Positions 25,340-36,711 of a DNA stretch of 64,000 nucleotides are shown here, piece after piece. The position numbers were made by a program, and so were the translations under genes. The stretch is from Chloroflexus sp. (GTDB taxonomy: Bacteria; Chloroflexota; Chloroflexia; Chloroflexales; Chloroflexaceae): NCBI RefSeq assembly GCF_034434295.1, contig NZ_DAOTZQ010000001.1, positions 31,903 to 95,902 of the forward strand, read 5' to 3'. Under the pieces are notes generated by a model, which was not told where the DNA came from, did no database searches, and worked only from the letters and a program-made list of their open reading frames with translations. Every line of letters starts with the position of its first letter. The first letter of the stretch is position 1.

Positions 25340-27995
25340 GGGTATCGCTAAACCAGAATGCCGCTGGATTCATGTGGTTGTGCGGATCAATCGCTACCTT
25401 GAGCGCCTGCATGCGACTGAGAGCTGCCGGTGGCTGCCCCCATACGGATGCCTGGGGAACGAACATCGGTGGCGCCGCCAGTATGCGGGTGTGTGGGAAG
25501 GCAGCGACCAGGTCGGCGTGAAAGGCAGCAATTGAGGTGAAATCGCCGGTTGTTTGGATGTAGATGATTCCGGACAACGCATGCGCCGTTATCTCAATCG
25601 CAACCTGGTGCCGGGCTGCACGCTGCGTGATAGTCTGGATCGCAGTTGCACATTGGGCCGGCCAGACACCCACTCGTAGCAAGACGCTGTTGGCTATTGG
25701 CGCATAACGGGTGACTGTCTGTTGCCAGAAAGACATCTCATCAACGTCCCGTAACACTCTCACAGACGCATCGTGCCGGTGAGCCAGCGCGGTCGCTTCG
25801 CGCATGTGACGTTCAACCGCTGCTGGATGACCTTCGGCACGCATTGCAACCACAATGGCCTGCCTATCAGCCAGATATTCAACGGCTGTCGGCAGGAGAC
25901 GACTAGCCGCCAGATGATCGATCAATGCCCAGGCTGAGATTGGCGTGGGCAGATGAGCAAGCAAGGTTGCACTCGCCGGTGGCTGTGGAAACACCTTCAG
26001 CGCTACTGCTGTAATCAGACCAAGCGTACCGGCACTACCAACGTAGAGCTTCACCAGATCGTAGCCGGTCACGTTCTTGACCACCTGTGCACCAAGACGT
26101 ACCGGTGTGCCGTCGGGTTCAATCACATCGAGGGCCAACACCCAATCACGGAACGAGCCATAGCCCAGGCGTCGTGGCCCATCAACAGCGGTAGCGACCA
26201 GACTGCCTAAACTCCGCTGGGCATCGGCCACATCGAGGGGGATCATCTGACGATGTGGCGCAAGTAAGCTCTGCAATTCGGCCAGCGTGGTACCGGCGGC
26301 AACTTTGATGGTCAGGTCGTCCGGTTCGTAGACGAGCGCACCACGCCAGTGCTGCGTCGAGACGGTCACAGCGGTGGGTGATCGTGCGGTACAACCACCG
26401 GTTGGCACAACGGGAAGACCGGCGTGATGGCAGGCCCGCAGCAATTCGGCAGCAGCATCTGGTGTTGCTGGCGCGATGCACGACCCAGGGGCAGGAGCTG
26501 ACGTCACACTCGCCGGATCGCGCTGTTGCAGCCGCATCGCCCGAGCCGCAGCCAGATCAGCCGGTGGCATATCGGATGGAAAGATTTTAGCCGGATTGAA
26601 GCAACCGGTCGGGTTAAAGACCTGATGAATCGTGGCGTGCAATTGCAATTCAGCAGGTGAAAAGAAACGGGGCAGATATTCACCCTTTTCCAGGCCAATC
26701 CCATGCTCACCGCTGACCACACCACCGTGCTCGATACTCAACTCGAGAACTCCGGCAGCAATTGCGTGTGCGCGCTGACGTTGATCAGGATCACGAGGAT
26801 CGTACAGCACCAGTGGGTGCAAATTACCATCGCCGGCGTGGAAGACGTTACATACTTCCATACCGTATTCGGCTCGTAAACGCTCAACGTGTTCCATCAT
26901 CAGCGGTAATCTGGTACGCGGTACCACGGTATCAACCAGATAATAAGCCGGTGCCAGCCGACCAATTGCCCCAGCCACCGATTTGCGCACCATCCAGACC
27001 CTGGCCTGAGTCGCCGGATCACGAGCTGGACGGATGTCGAAAGCGCCATGATGGCGACAGATGGCAATAATCTGATCCAGTTGGTCATCGAGACCGTCTT
27101 GAACGCCATCGACCTCAATAATCAGGGCTGTTGTACCGGTCGTTTCAGGTAACCCCAGAGCATACGCACTGTTCACTGCCCGAATTGCATTGTGATCCAT
27201 GACTTCGAGCGAAGTAGGCAGCGAACCAGACGCAATCACAGCGCTCACTGCCGCCGCTGCAGCAACAACCGTCGGAAAGAGGGCTAACACGACACGCACC
27301 GCTTCAGGGAGTGGCGTTAGCCGCACAATCGCCGCCGTGACAACCCCCAACGTTCCTTCACTTCCAACAATCAGACCGGTCAAGTCATACCCGACCGGAT
27401 CGATCACCCCATCACCTGTCCAGTAACGCTGACCGGTATGATCAACCACCTCAACGGCGAGCACGTGATTGCTGGTTACCCCATACTTCAGGCAATGTGG
27501 GCCGCCGGCGTTGGTTGCAATATTGCCGCCAATCGTGCTAGCACGCTGCGATGAGGGATCGGGAGCAAACTGATAGCCAAGGGGGGCAAGATAGGCATTC
27601 AAGTCGGCGTTTACCACACCGGGCTGAACAACGGCCAGCCGTGAACGAACATCAACGGTCGTGATGTCGGTCATGCGAGCGGTACTGATCAGCAGGCCAC
27701 CACAGAGAGGCACAGCTCCGCCTGCAATACCCGTACCGGCACCACGCGCTACCACGACCAACCCTTCACGAACGGCCAAACGCACCGCAGTCGCGACCTG
27801 ACCGGCATCTTTCGGTAGCACTACAAGCTGTGGCGGATGGGAGACAATCATGCTGCCGTCGGAGTCGTAGGTCAGCAATGCCTCCGGCGCAGTCACTACG
27901 GCATCAGCGCCAAGGACAGCTCGCAACTCGGCAACAAGTTTATCCGGCACGACAACCGGGGTCACGGTATACTGCTCCTTTGCCTGCATGGCCAT
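25332..27995 (-). CDS. FAD-linked oxidase, natural fusion of a GlcD-like unit (N-terminal ~470 aa) and a GlcE-like FAD-binding unit (C-terminal ~400 aa)
   Basis: 887 aa. The N-terminal half is collinear with the 492-aa GlcD next door (RGAGTGIAGGAVP, GGNIATNAGGPHCLKYG, GEHGIGLEK). After a Pro/Ala-rich linker the C-terminal half matches the 426-aa GlcE (DGPRRLGYGSFRDWVLALDV..VKNVTGYDL.KLYVGS.GTLG). Confidence 0.85.
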   Translation of the reverse strand: MAMQAKEQYTVTPVVVPDKLVAELRAVLGADAVVTAPEALLTYDSDGSMIVSHPPQLVVLPKDAGQVATAVRLAVREGLVVVARGAGTGIAGGAVPLCGGLLISTARMTDITTVDVRSRLAVVQPGVVNADLNAYLAPLGYQFAPDPSSQRASTIGGNIATNAGGPHCLKYGVTSNHVLAVEVVDHTGQRYWTGDGVIDPVGYDLTGLIVGSEGTLGVVTAAIVRLTPLPEAVRVVLALFPTVVAAAAAVSAVIASGSLPTSLEVMDHNAIRAVNSAYALGLPETTGTTALIIEVDGVQDGLDDQLDQIIAICRHHGAFDIRPARDPATQARVWMVRKSVAGAIGRLAPAYYLVDTVVPRTRLPLMMEHVERLRAEYGMEVCNVFHAGDGNLHPLVLYDPRDPDQRQRAHAIAAGVLELSIEHGGVVSGEHGIGLEKGEYLPRFFSPAELQLHATIHQVFNPTGCFNPAKIFPSDMPPADLAAARAMRLQQRDPASVTSAPAPGSCIAPATPDAAAELLRACHHAGLPVVPTGGCTARSPTAVTVSTQHWRGALVYEPDDLTIKVAAGTTLAELQSLLAPHRQMIPLDVADAQRSLGSLVATAVDGPRRLGYGSFRDWVLALDVIEPDGTPVRLGAQVVKNVTGYDLVKLYVGSAGTLGLITAVALKVFPQPPASATLLAHLPTPISAWALIDHLAASRLLPTAVEYLADRQAIVVAMRAEGHPAAVERHMREATALAHRHDASVRVLRDVDEMSFWQQTVTRYAPIANSVLLRVGVWPAQCATAIQTITQRAARHQVAIEITAHALSGIIYIQTTGDFTSIAAFHADLVAAFPHTRILAAPPMFVPQASVWGQPPAALSRMQALKVAIDPHNHMNPAAFWFSDTRV

Positions 27996-29275
27996 CAGAC
28001 CACAAAACGACCGGGATTCAGGAGATGTTCGGGATCGAATTCTTGCTTGATACGCTGCATCAGATCAAGATTCGCGAGCTGTGCGCCAAACACCGGCACC
28101 TCAACCACGAGGACTGCTGGCGCCGCCATGATCGTTGTCTGCGGGGCAGCCGGCAGGATGGCAGCATGCCACTCGCGCAACTGATCTACATCACCACGCA
28201 CTCGCAGATAGGCAACCCCATTCAAAGCCCTGATCGACCCCTGTAACGGTACATTCAGGCGTTGTGCTGCCGTGCGCACCGTACCCAGGACGGACGACAT
28301 CGTGGCGGGTAAACAGGTAATGCGGACAACCAGCTCATCTTCCGCAACCGTTGTCGTCTGCGGAATATCGTTGATCGCCGTCCAGAGACTACTATGCGCT
28401 TCATCGCGTAGCACTTCACTCCGAAGCCCAGCCTGCGTCGCGAACGAGGTTACATCGCGCAAGTGGCGTTCAACTGCGGCTGGTAAGCCCTCGCTGCGCA
28501 CGGCCAGTGCGAACGTTGCGCCGGTCAGTTCAACGCCTTCAAGGTATTCCACCGCCACCGGTGTCAGTTGACTGGCAGCAATAGCATTGACCACCTTCCA
28601 CAATGGTTCAGGGCTTGTGGCACGGCATAGCATACTGGCAGCCGCTCGCGGTTGGGGGATCAGCTTGAAGTTCGCGGAAGCGATAATTGCCAGCGTCCCA
28701 AAGCCGCCGAGGTAGAGCTTCATCATATCGAAGCCACTGACATTCTTGACCACCATCCCGCCGGCTTTCGAGATACGACCGGTCGCCTCGACAACCCGAA
28801 TCCCGATCAACAGATCGCGCACCGAGCCGTAGCCCAACCGACGCGGGCCATCCATTGCTGTAGCCAGCAACCCACCAATCGTCGCTCGTTCAGGTAGTGG
28901 TGCATCAATAGGCAACATCTGACCGTTGGCCGCCAGCGCAGTGCTGAGTGCACCCAGCGTCATCCCGGCTTCAACTGAAATAGTTAGATCGTCGGGTGTA
29001 TAGTCCAGAATACGGCTCAAACGATTGGTAAGTACAACCGCAAAAGGACGGGCAGGCGGACGGCCCCACATCTGCTGCGTACCACCACCCCACGGCACAA
29101 TCGCCACCCGCTCCGCTGCCAGGCGAGCGATTGTCTGTGCTAATTCCTCAAGCGAGCCGGGGGCAACCGTTAGTAATGGCGATTGACCGTAGATTGCGTA
29201 CCCAGTGGGATGATCAACTACGTATTGTTCACCAACCAGCGCTGTCAGATCAGCCAGCAATGATCCGTCATTCAT
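27995..29275 (-). CDS. glcE: glycolate oxidase FAD-binding subunit GlcE-like
   Basis: 426 aa with an FAD_binding_4-type sequence (MDGPRRLGYGSVRDLLIGIRVV..VKNVSGFDMMKLYLGGFGTLA). Confidence 0.8.
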   Translation of the reverse strand: MNDGSLLADLTALVGEQYVVDHPTGYAIYGQSPLLTVAPGSLEELAQTIARLAAERVAIVPWGGGTQQMWGRPPARPFAVVLTNRLSRILDYTPDDLTISVEAGMTLGALSTALAANGQMLPIDAPLPERATIGGLLATAMDGPRRLGYGSVRDLLIGIRVVEATGRISKAGGMVVKNVSGFDMMKLYLGGFGTLAIIASANFKLIPQPRAAASMLCRATSPEPLWKVVNAIAASQLTPVAVEYLEGVELTGATFALAVRSEGLPAAVERHLRDVTSFATQAGLRSEVLRDEAHSSLWTAINDIPQTTTVAEDELVVRITCLPATMSSVLGTVRTAAQRLNVPLQGSIRALNGVAYLRVRGDVDQLREWHAAILPAAPQTTIMAAPAVLVVEVPVFGAQLANLDLMQRIKQEFDPEHLLNPGRFVV

Positions 29276-29280
29276 CTGCG

Positions 29281-30729
29281 TTAACTCGACTTCAAAGCAC
29301 TCCAGGCCACACCCGAACGTCGCAACGCTGCCAGTTCACCACAACCACGGCCTTTTGGAAACACCTTGCCGGGATTAAACAAATCATGCGGGTCGAAACT
29401 CTGATGCAGGCCGGCCATCGCAGCCAGATCATCGGTCGAGAAGAGCAGCGTCATATAATCCTGCTTTTCGACCCCAATCCCATGCTCGCCACTGATTACC
29501 CCGCCAAGATCAATACTCACCTGCATCACACTGGTCGCTGCCTCCAGCGCACGCTGATTCTGTGAGCGGTCACGGCGATCAAAGAGAATAATAGGATGGA
29601 GATTGCCATCACCGGCATGAAAGACATTGGCAATCGGCAGCCGGAATTCGCGTGAAATGCGACCCACTTCGTCCATGGTTTGAGGCAGTTTCGTGCGCGG
29701 CACGACCGTATCAACCAGATAATAGGTTGGCGCGAGACGTCCCATTGCGCCAAAGGCATTCTTGCGCGCAGCCCAGACCTGGTTCTGTTCAGCTAGAGTA
29801 CGGGCCGGACGCACATCAATTGCTCCGTTGCGCCAACAAATCGCTGTAATATCGTTTAACAACTCATCAAGGCCGTCTTCGACACCATCCACCTCAATCA
29901 GCAGAGCAGCACCGGCAGCTTCGGGTAAACCCAGCCGGTACATATCATTCACTGCTTTAATCGCCAGGCGATCCATAATTTCGAGCGCTGCCGGTAGTAA
30001 ACCACTGGCAATTACCTGCGAAACGGTATTCGAGGCACCGGCAATGTCAGGGAACAGAGCGAGCACAACTCGCACCGCTTCGGGCAGGCGAGTGAGTCGC
30101 AACCATGCGGCAGTGACAAAACCGATAGTACCTTCCGAACCGGTGATTACACCGGTCAGATCGTAACCGGGGGTATGCGCACTGCCGTCCCCCGTCCAGA
30201 CAATCGAGCCATCGGGCAACACAACCTGCACAGCCAATACATGGCTGGCCGTAATCCCGTATTTCAGGCAGTGCGGCCCACCCGAATTATTGGCAATATT
30301 CCCACCAATCGTACAGGCTTTCTGAGAAGAGGGATCGGGAGCAAATTGATAGCCGAACGGCTTCAGATACTGCGACAACTCCCAGTTAATCACACCAGGC
30401 TGACAGAGCACGCGCCCATTGGCAGTATCAACCTGCAAAATCTTGTCCATGCGAGCGGTGGAGATAACGATGCCACCCTGCATTGGTGTAGCACCACCGG
30501 CCAGACCGGTACCGGCACCACGGGGCACAATCGGCATGCCAGCCCGCGCAGCCAGCCGGACAATCGCCGCCACCTGCTCGGCGCTGGTTGGCAAAGTCAC
30601 TACATGCGGCTCGTGCGTATCCATCACACAGCCATCGGCGTCGTAGGTAAGCAATGCATCAGGGTTAGCCACAACACCGCGTGGGCCGAGGATACGCTCA
30701 AGCTCTGCGATTAGTTCAGCACGGTTCAT
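29281..30729 (-). CDS. glcD: glycolate oxidase subunit GlcD-like (FAD-linked oxidase)
   Basis: FAD-binding and FAD-oxidase C-terminal motifs (PRGAGTGLAGGATP, GGNIANNSGGPHCLKYG, GEHGIGVEK). The start is placed at ATG 30729 (MNRAELIAELE...), preceded by GCAGGAG. Confidence 0.88.
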   Translation of the reverse strand: MNRAELIAELERILGPRGVVANPDALLTYDADGCVMDTHEPHVVTLPTSAEQVAAIVRLAARAGMPIVPRGAGTGLAGGATPMQGGIVISTARMDKILQVDTANGRVLCQPGVINWELSQYLKPFGYQFAPDPSSQKACTIGGNIANNSGGPHCLKYGITASHVLAVQVVLPDGSIVWTGDGSAHTPGYDLTGVITGSEGTIGFVTAAWLRLTRLPEAVRVVLALFPDIAGASNTVSQVIASGLLPAALEIMDRLAIKAVNDMYRLGLPEAAGAALLIEVDGVEDGLDELLNDITAICWRNGAIDVRPARTLAEQNQVWAARKNAFGAMGRLAPTYYLVDTVVPRTKLPQTMDEVGRISREFRLPIANVFHAGDGNLHPIILFDRRDRSQNQRALEAATSVMQVSIDLGGVISGEHGIGVEKQDYMTLLFSTDDLAAMAGLHQSFDPHDLFNPGKVFPKGRGCGELAALRRSGVAWSALKSS

Positions 30730-31166
30730 TCCGCACTCCTGCGGCCAGCCGGGCCGCACCCTGTGGGGTTGTAATAGGAAATACTTTCAAAAGTAACTGA
30801 TTATGTATGTAGTATACCATAAATGCGGTCTGACACCAGAGATCGCCAATAGGTCGTGGGAAGTCCAGCCTACCGCTTCCTTCCCAACATACCTTCAGGA
30901 CAGGCAGCATATTTTGACTAACGCAACTTCTGCTTCATCAGGAAGACCAATCGGGGGTGAGGGCATGTAGGGCATCTCTAAGACCTGTTTGCTGAGTACG
31001 CTCCCATATTCTATTTACCATTAGCAGTGGCGTGATAGTGCAAAACGTTTAGAGTATGCGCAAAGTTCTACCCATCAATCAGCCTCGGCCCAGCGGCATT
31101 GCCATCTGCACTCCGGCCTCTGGTCACGGATGAACGGATCGCTTGTTAATCACCACCTCTCATCAT

Positions 31167-31188
31167 TGGTATAATGCAGCACGTGCTG
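31167..31188 (+). promoter_or_regulatory. candidate extended -10 promoter (TGgTATAAT) followed by a 12-bp palindrome CAGCACGTGCTG
   Basis: TGgTATAAT at 31167-31175 and the perfect palindrome at 31177-31188, about 150 nt upstream of the Rsm22-like gene. Confidence 0.3.
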
Positions 31189-31327
31189 TGCAGAGCGTGC
31201 GGATGTATCATTGTCGTCCGTTTGTACCTTCGTCATTGGTTTGGAATAGAGATGAGTTCAATCCAGGCCCGGTGAAAAATATTTCGCTTCTGGATAGGGT
31301 TGGCCTGACCGATAGCACTGGAAGATT

Positions 31328-32323
31328 ATGCAACTACCGACAACTCTGCAGAACGCACTGGAGCGAATGATCGCCTCGCAACCAGCTTCGGCACTTGAGC
31401 GGGCTGCGCTACAACTATCGGCCCGCTATCGCGAGACGGGTGCCGGAGCGCCGGTCATTGCCACAACACTTGAGGCAGTAGCCTACGCGGCGTGGCGCAT
31501 GCCGGCCACCTACGCTGCCCTGCGTGCTGTTTTCCGCCGATTAGCCGAAGTGCAGCCCGATTTTACGCCCAGACGGATGCTTGACATTGGTGCTGGCAGC
31601 GGTGCTGCGATCTGGGCCGCGACCGAACAATGGCCTTCCCTGCAACAGGTGGTAGCAATCGAACGGCAACCGGCGATGGCGCGGATTGGTAAACAACTCA
31701 CAGCCAATGCCGACCTCCCCACTATCGTGTGGCAACAGCAGGATGTGCTGAGCATGGATCACCTGGCCGAAAGTGATCTGGTAGTTACCGGATATGTCTA
31801 CGGCGAAATCGAACCAACAGCCCGTACCCTTGTGCTGAGCCGACTGTGGAAGGCTGCTGGTGGCGCATTGGTATTGGTTGAACCGGGAACACCGACCGGC
31901 CACACAACCATCTTGCACGCACGTAGCGAGCTGCTCAAACGGAATGCTCATCTGCTGGCGCCATGTCCGCACACCGCATCCTGTCCATTGGCTGAGGGAC
32001 AGGATTGGTGCCATTTCGCACAACGCATTGCCCGACCGGCGTTTCTTCGTCGGTTAAAAGCCGCCGAAGCACCGTTTGAAGATGAGAAATTTGCGTACCT
32101 GATCGCATCGCGCCATGAGGGCAAGCCAATTGACGGGCGAATCGTCCGCCATCCGATCATTCACAGTGGGCGGAAAGAACTCCAGGTGTGTACAGAGCGG
32201 GGACTGCAAGTGATGACCATCACCCGCAGTCAAAAAACACTCTGGCGCCAGGCCCGTGACAGTGGTTGGGGCGATCCCTGGACAGACAATCCCACCACGG
32301 GTGGAAGCGATCACGAAGACTGA
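31328..32323 (+). CDS. Rsm22-family SAM-dependent methyltransferase
   Basis: SAM motif MLDIGAGSGAAIWA and the C-terminal Cys cluster CPHTASCPL...WCHF characteristic of Rsm22/COG5459 proteins. Confidence 0.75.
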   Translation: MQLPTTLQNALERMIASQPASALERAALQLSARYRETGAGAPVIATTLEAVAYAAWRMPATYAALRAVFRRLAEVQPDFTPRRMLDIGAGSGAAIWAATEQWPSLQQVVAIERQPAMARIGKQLTANADLPTIVWQQQDVLSMDHLAESDLVVTGYVYGEIEPTARTLVLSRLWKAAGGALVLVEPGTPTGHTTILHARSELLKRNAHLLAPCPHTASCPLAEGQDWCHFAQRIARPAFLRRLKAAEAPFEDEKFAYLIASRHEGKPIDGRIVRHPIIHSGRKELQVCTERGLQVMTITRSQKTLWRQARDSGWGDPWTDNPTTGGSDHED

Positions 32324-32325
32324 GG

Positions 32326-32334
32326 TGATATAAT
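32326..32334 (+). promoter_or_regulatory. candidate extended -10 promoter (TGaTATAAT) for the histidine kinase gene
   Basis: TGaTATAAT lies immediately after the upstream stop codon, 54 nt before ATG 32388, which has an AAGGA RBS. Confidence 0.3.
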
Positions 32335-32387
32335 AGTAGACACCCGGTGCGATCTGTCGCCTCGGTTACATATTTAAGGATACCGTT

Positions 32388-35300
32388 ATGGCTGACGCTC
32401 GCACCCACCTCATTCTCTTCGCAGTTGACGATCTGCGTGAGCCGATTACCCAAACCCTCGCCCCCTTCCCCTCTATCAGTTACTTGTTCGCGACAACACT
32501 GCCGGAGTTGCTTGATATAATCAACCAACATCACGCCGCCATAGTTCTGTGTCGCGCAGAAGATTACGTCAATATTCCAGTTGGCCTCGCACTCATCATC
32601 CTCTGCGCAGATGAGGATGTGCCACTCGCGCATTTTGACAATCAACCGGCCATTGTAGACGTGCTATTTGAAAATCGTCTTCAGCGCCTGCCATTCATCG
32701 TCCAACGAGAGATACGGCAACAACAAGCCATTGACCGGGAAACCCGCCGGCTGCGGATGATTGTTGAGCACGCGCCACACGGTGTGATTGAAGTGGAAAC
32801 GAGCAACCGGCTTATTCGCTGGACGAATCCAGCCATGAGTCAGCTCTTCGGGTATTCGGCGGCAGAAATGCGCTCGCTACGCCTTGAAGAGATACACCCG
32901 GAAGAAGAACGGGCAACTGCTGTTGAGACATTTCACCGGATGGTCGCAGGTGATGAGTCTCCCATGCTGAACGTGATCTGTCAACGACGCGACGGTTCCA
33001 CCTTTTACTGCAACATTGCCCCAGGAGGTGTATATGGCAATGGTCAGCGACTGATCTTTATCTTTTTTACCGATGTTACCGACGAATACCAGAGTCTGCA
33101 AACGCTACGGGTAAACGCCTATCGGCTGGAACTGGCTTTACGTGCTGCCAATCAGGGACTATACGATATCGATGTGCGCAGCGGGTTAACCGTTGTCAGC
33201 GACGAATATGCCACGATGTTGGGGTACGATCCAGCCACATTCACCGAAACAAACCAGCATTGGCGCGAACGGCTACACCCCGCCGACGCGGCGATGGTGT
33301 ACCAGACGTATCTCGACTATCTTGCCGGACGAATCCCTGAATATCGGGTGGAATTTCGCTCGCGGATGCAACAGGGTGGTTGGAAATGGATTCTCTCGGT
33401 TGGCGCTATTGTCGAGCGTGATGCTCAGGGTCAGCCATTACGTATGCTCGGTACACACACCGACATCAGTGCATTGAAGCGTCTGGAATTTCAGGAACGT
33501 TTGCGGGTTCAGCTCTTCACCAGCCTGCTAGGAGGTGAAAGTTTGGAGAACCTTATGGACATTCTGCTAAAGGCTTTTGAGGTGGAGCAGCCCGACACGC
33601 GCTGTGCCCTCGCCCTCTTCGATACGACGAGTCGCCGACAAACGCATGTCATCGCCTCAAACCTGCCATCAGGGTTGAACGAGCTGCTTGAAGAGGAGTT
33701 ACGACAACCATCACAATCGCGCTGGCAACCTCTTCTCGCCAGACAACAGCTCTGGATACCGGATTTACGACTCGATCCGCAGTGGACAGCGTATGCTGCC
33801 TCTGCTCAACGCCACGGTTTCACAACCCTCTGGGCAGAACCGATTTCCGGGGCAGGTGGAACAATCATCGGTGCATTTACCGTCTGGTCGGCACGCAACA
33901 CACTGCCACAGCGCGAAGATCAAATGCTTCTCCAATTTGTCGGGCATCTGGCCGGGCCGGTGATCGAGCAGCACATGATCGCCGAACGCCTTCGGCTCAG
34001 TGAAGAACGCTACACACTGGCCGAACGGGCCGTACAGGATGGGGTATGGGATTGGGATATTATTAACGGCGTTACCTACCTTTCGCCGCAGTGGAAAGCG
34101 CTCTTCGGCTTCGGTGAAGATGAATTACCGAATGCGATTACGACCTTTTTCGAGCGCATTCATCCCGATGACTGGCCAGAGGTAACCAAAGCCCTCGACC
34201 GTCACTTTGCCGGATACGAACCATTCCACATGGAATTTCGCATGCGTTACCGTGATGGCAAATATCGCTGGGTGCTGGCACGCGGTGAAGCATTGCGCGA
34301 CAATGAGGGAACTGTCACCCGCATGGTTGGTGCATTGAGTGATGTTACCGAACGCAGACAGCTTGATGAACGAATCCGTGAGACCCAGAAACTGGAAGCT
34401 CTCGGCCTGCTGACCGGTGGTCTGGCCCACGATTTTAATAATCTGCTCGGTATTATCATCGGTAATCTTGATCTGTCGCTGAGCGACTGGCAAGGGGATG
34501 AAGCAACCCGCCAGGCCATTGGCTCTGCGCTGCAAGCAGCACTTCGTGGTGCCGAATTAACCAAAAGCCTGCTGGCAGTTGCCCGTCGCCAGCCGCTGGC
34601 CCCGACCAGTATTGATGTATTGCAGGTTATCCGCGAGTTTTTGCCGTTGATTCAAGTTACAGTTGGATCGGCGATTAAGGTTCAGTTGATCGAGCAAGCC
34701 ACCAGCCCGGCTCGTGCCGACCGGGCCGGCTTTGAAGCCGCAATCCTTAACCTCGTCATCAATAGCCGCGATGCCATGCCGCAAGGTGGCTCACTGACTA
34801 TCAAAATCAGAGAGCAGCATGTGACGCCAGAAGATACCATGTTGCTGGCGATCCTGACGCCTGGCTGCTACGTCTCTATCGATGTCACCGATACCGGAAC
34901 GGGTATGACCCCGGAAATTGCCGAACGGGCATTTGAACCGTTCTTTACGACCAAAGAGCGCGGACGCGGCACCGGGCTTGGCCTGGCAATGGTCTACGGC
35001 TTCGCCCGTCAATCAGGGGGGACGGCGCAAATTTATTCGACATCTGGACTGGGTACCACAATCCGGTTATACCTGCCGTGTGCCCGAGGGGTCGTGCCGG
35101 AAGTTGCGTCGCCCGTGCCACTCGCAGCACGGCGTGAGGCGCGGATCCTGGTGGTTGACGACGACGCCGATCTGCTTCAGATCACCGCAACTACGCTCCA
35201 CAATCTGGGCTACACTGTCTTCACAGCTATCTCCGGCAAAGCTGCGCTAACGATTCTGCGAGAGGAAACGATTGATTTGCTCTTGACCGACGTGGTTATG

Positions 35301-35483
35301 CCTGAAATGGATGGTCGTATGCTGGCCGCAGCAGCCCAACAGATCAGCCCACCCCTTAAAGTACTGTACATGAGCGGTTTTGCAGCATTGCAAGGCACCG
35401 ACATGAGCAATCTGGCGGTTATTGAGAAACCGTTTCGCGCCAGCACCCTCGAAGTTGCCGTGCAACAGGCGCTAAACGCATAG
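32388..35483 (+). CDS. hybrid sensor histidine kinase (pseudo-receiver, PAS x3, GAF, HisKA, HATPase_c, C-terminal receiver)
   Basis: 1031 aa with an H-box [13 protein letters not shown] boxes ([24 protein letters not shown]), and a receiver [11 protein letters not shown]...[14 protein letters not shown]...K. Confidence 0.92.
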   Translation: MADARTHLILFAVDDLREPITQTLAPFPSISYLFATTLPELLDIINQHHAAIVLCRAEDYVNIPVGLALIILCADEDVPLAHFDNQPAIVDVLFENRLQRLPFIVQREIRQQQAIDRETRRLRMIVEHAPHGVIEVETSNRLIRWTNPAMSQLFGYSAAEMRSLRLEEIHPEEERATAVETFHRMVAGDESPMLNVICQRRDGSTFYCNIAPGGVYGNGQRLIFIFFTDVTDEYQSLQTLRVNAYRLELALRAANQGLYDIDVRSGLTVVSDEYATMLGYDPATFTETNQHWRERLHPADAAMVYQTYLDYLAGRIPEYRVEFRSRMQQGGWKWILSVGAIVERDAQGQPLRMLGTHTDISALKRLEFQERLRVQLFTSLLGGESLENLMDILLKAFEVEQPDTRCALALFDTTSRRQTHVIASNLPSGLNELLEEELRQPSQSRWQPLLARQQLWIPDLRLDPQWTAYAASAQRHGFTTLWAEPISGAGGTIIGAFTVWSARNTLPQREDQMLLQFVGHLAGPVIEQHMIAERLRLSEERYTLAERAVQDGVWDWDIINGVTYLSPQWKALFGFGEDELPNAITTFFERIHPDDWPEVTKALDRHFAGYEPFHMEFRMRYRDGKYRWVLARGEALRDNEGTVTRMVGALSDVTERRQLDERIRETQKLEALGLLTGGLAHDFNNLLGIIIGNLDLSLSDWQGDEATRQAIGSALQAALRGAELTKSLLAVARRQPLAPTSIDVLQVIREFLPLIQVTVGSAIKVQLIEQATSPARADRAGFEAAILNLVINSRDAMPQGGSLTIKIREQHVTPEDTMLLAILTPGCYVSIDVTDTGTGMTPEIAERAFEPFFTTKERGRGTGLGLAMVYGFARQSGGTAQIYSTSGLGTTIRLYLPCARGVVPEVASPVPLAARREARILVVDDDADLLQITATTLHNLGYTVFTAISGKAALTILREETIDLLLTDVVMPEMDGRMLAAAAQQISPPLKVLYMSGFAALQGTDMSNLAVIEKPFRASTLEVAVQQALNA

Positions 35484-36707
35484 CTCTTGATGGACTGCCG
35501 CCTCTAACACGGCCAGCACCTCGGACGCCAATCGGCGACGATCAAAGCGCTGTTCGGCCAGCAGGCGGGCATTCCGCCCGGCCTGTCGGGTATATTCTGG
35601 ATGGTCACACATGTACACTATCTGCGCCGCCAGGTCAGTGGGATCGCCGGCGCGTGCGTAGCGACCACATTGATGTTCAGTGACGAGCTGTTGCAGCCAC
35701 CCCGGTGTGTTGACAATGACCGGTTTCCCTGCCGCCAGTGAGTCGAATAGCTTGTTAGGCGAACAGGTTGCCAGTACCGGAATAGCTTTGAAGATAGTCA
35801 GACAGACATCAGCCGCCGCTACCAGATCAGCAACCTCATCCTTGGGGAGTGGATCGAGGAAGCGCACATTACATAAACTGTAATGATCACTTCGTTCCTC
35901 CAACCACGGGCGCTGGCGCCCCTGCCCGGCCAGCACAATCAAAATGTCGTCCCGCTTCTGATGTTGCAACACCCGTGCCGCATCTATCACCTGACTCAAG
36001 TCGTTAGCTTCACCCATCGTACCGAAGTAGAGCGCCAGGAACGACGGATTTCCAAGCTGCTGCCGCCAGTGTCGGCCATCACGCTGAGGATGAAAGAGAT
36101 CAAGATCAGCTGCATTCGGAATAACACTAATCTTTTCCGGGATCACCCCGGCATCGATCACCCCTTGCCGCATGCCAGGCGAGAGGGCAATGATATGTTG
36201 TGACCGCCGATAAATGGCTCGTTCGAGCCAGCGTGCAGCCAGAATGAGGAGAGGATGCCGCAGTACACCCATTTGGATTGGTGCCTCTGGCCATAGATCG
36301 CGTACTTCAAAGACCAGTGGCACGCGATGCCAGCGACTGGCCAGCATACCGGGAATTCCAATCGTCAGGGGAGTGCTGGTAGCAAACACCACATCGGGAC
36401 GTTCCACCCGCACCACTGCAATCAGGCTGGCCAGAGCAAAGAGTAGAAAAGCGATAATGCGTTGGCCGTAGCTGATCGCCGTGCCCCGGCTATAGTCGGC
36501 ATAGCCGGCCCGTAGCTCAATCACGTTGATCCCATCAACTACGCGCCGCCGCCACAACCCGCCAGACCATTGCTCCTGGCGGTTGGCAGCAGTAACCATG
36601 GTCACCCGATGGCCCTGCTGAATGAAGAAGCGCGCAAACTCATACGAACGTGTACCGCCTACCCCGGTGCGGGTTGTGAAGTATTGATGGAGATAGAGGA
36701 TGTGCAT
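35472..36707 (-). CDS. glycosyltransferase family 4 (GT-B, WbuB-like)
   Basis: Begins MHILYLHQYFTTRTGVGGTRSYEFA. ATG 36707 lies 4 nt after the upstream stop. The ORF-track start at 36857 overlaps the upstream gene by 146 nt and is rejected. Confidence 0.85.
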   Translation of the reverse strand: MHILYLHQYFTTRTGVGGTRSYEFARFFIQQGHRVTMVTAANRQEQWSGGLWRRRVVDGINVIELRAGYADYSRGTAISYGQRIIAFLLFALASLIAVVRVERPDVVFATSTPLTIGIPGMLASRWHRVPLVFEVRDLWPEAPIQMGVLRHPLLILAARWLERAIYRRSQHIIALSPGMRQGVIDAGVIPEKISVIPNAADLDLFHPQRDGRHWRQQLGNPSFLALYFGTMGEANDLSQVIDAARVLQHQKRDDILIVLAGQGRQRPWLEERSDHYSLCNVRFLDPLPKDEVADLVAAADVCLTIFKAIPVLATCSPNKLFDSLAAGKPVIVNTPGWLQQLVTEHQCGRYARAGDPTDLAAQIVYMCDHPEYTRQAGRNARLLAEQRFDRRRLASEVLAVLEAAVHQELCV

Positions 36708-36711
36708 CGCC

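Noticed and set aside
35472-35483. 12-nt convergent overlap of the histidine kinase and GT4 3' ends
   Set aside because: Short convergent overlaps of stop regions are common in compact genomes. No hairpin or regulatory signal is visible, so it is not treated as a finding.
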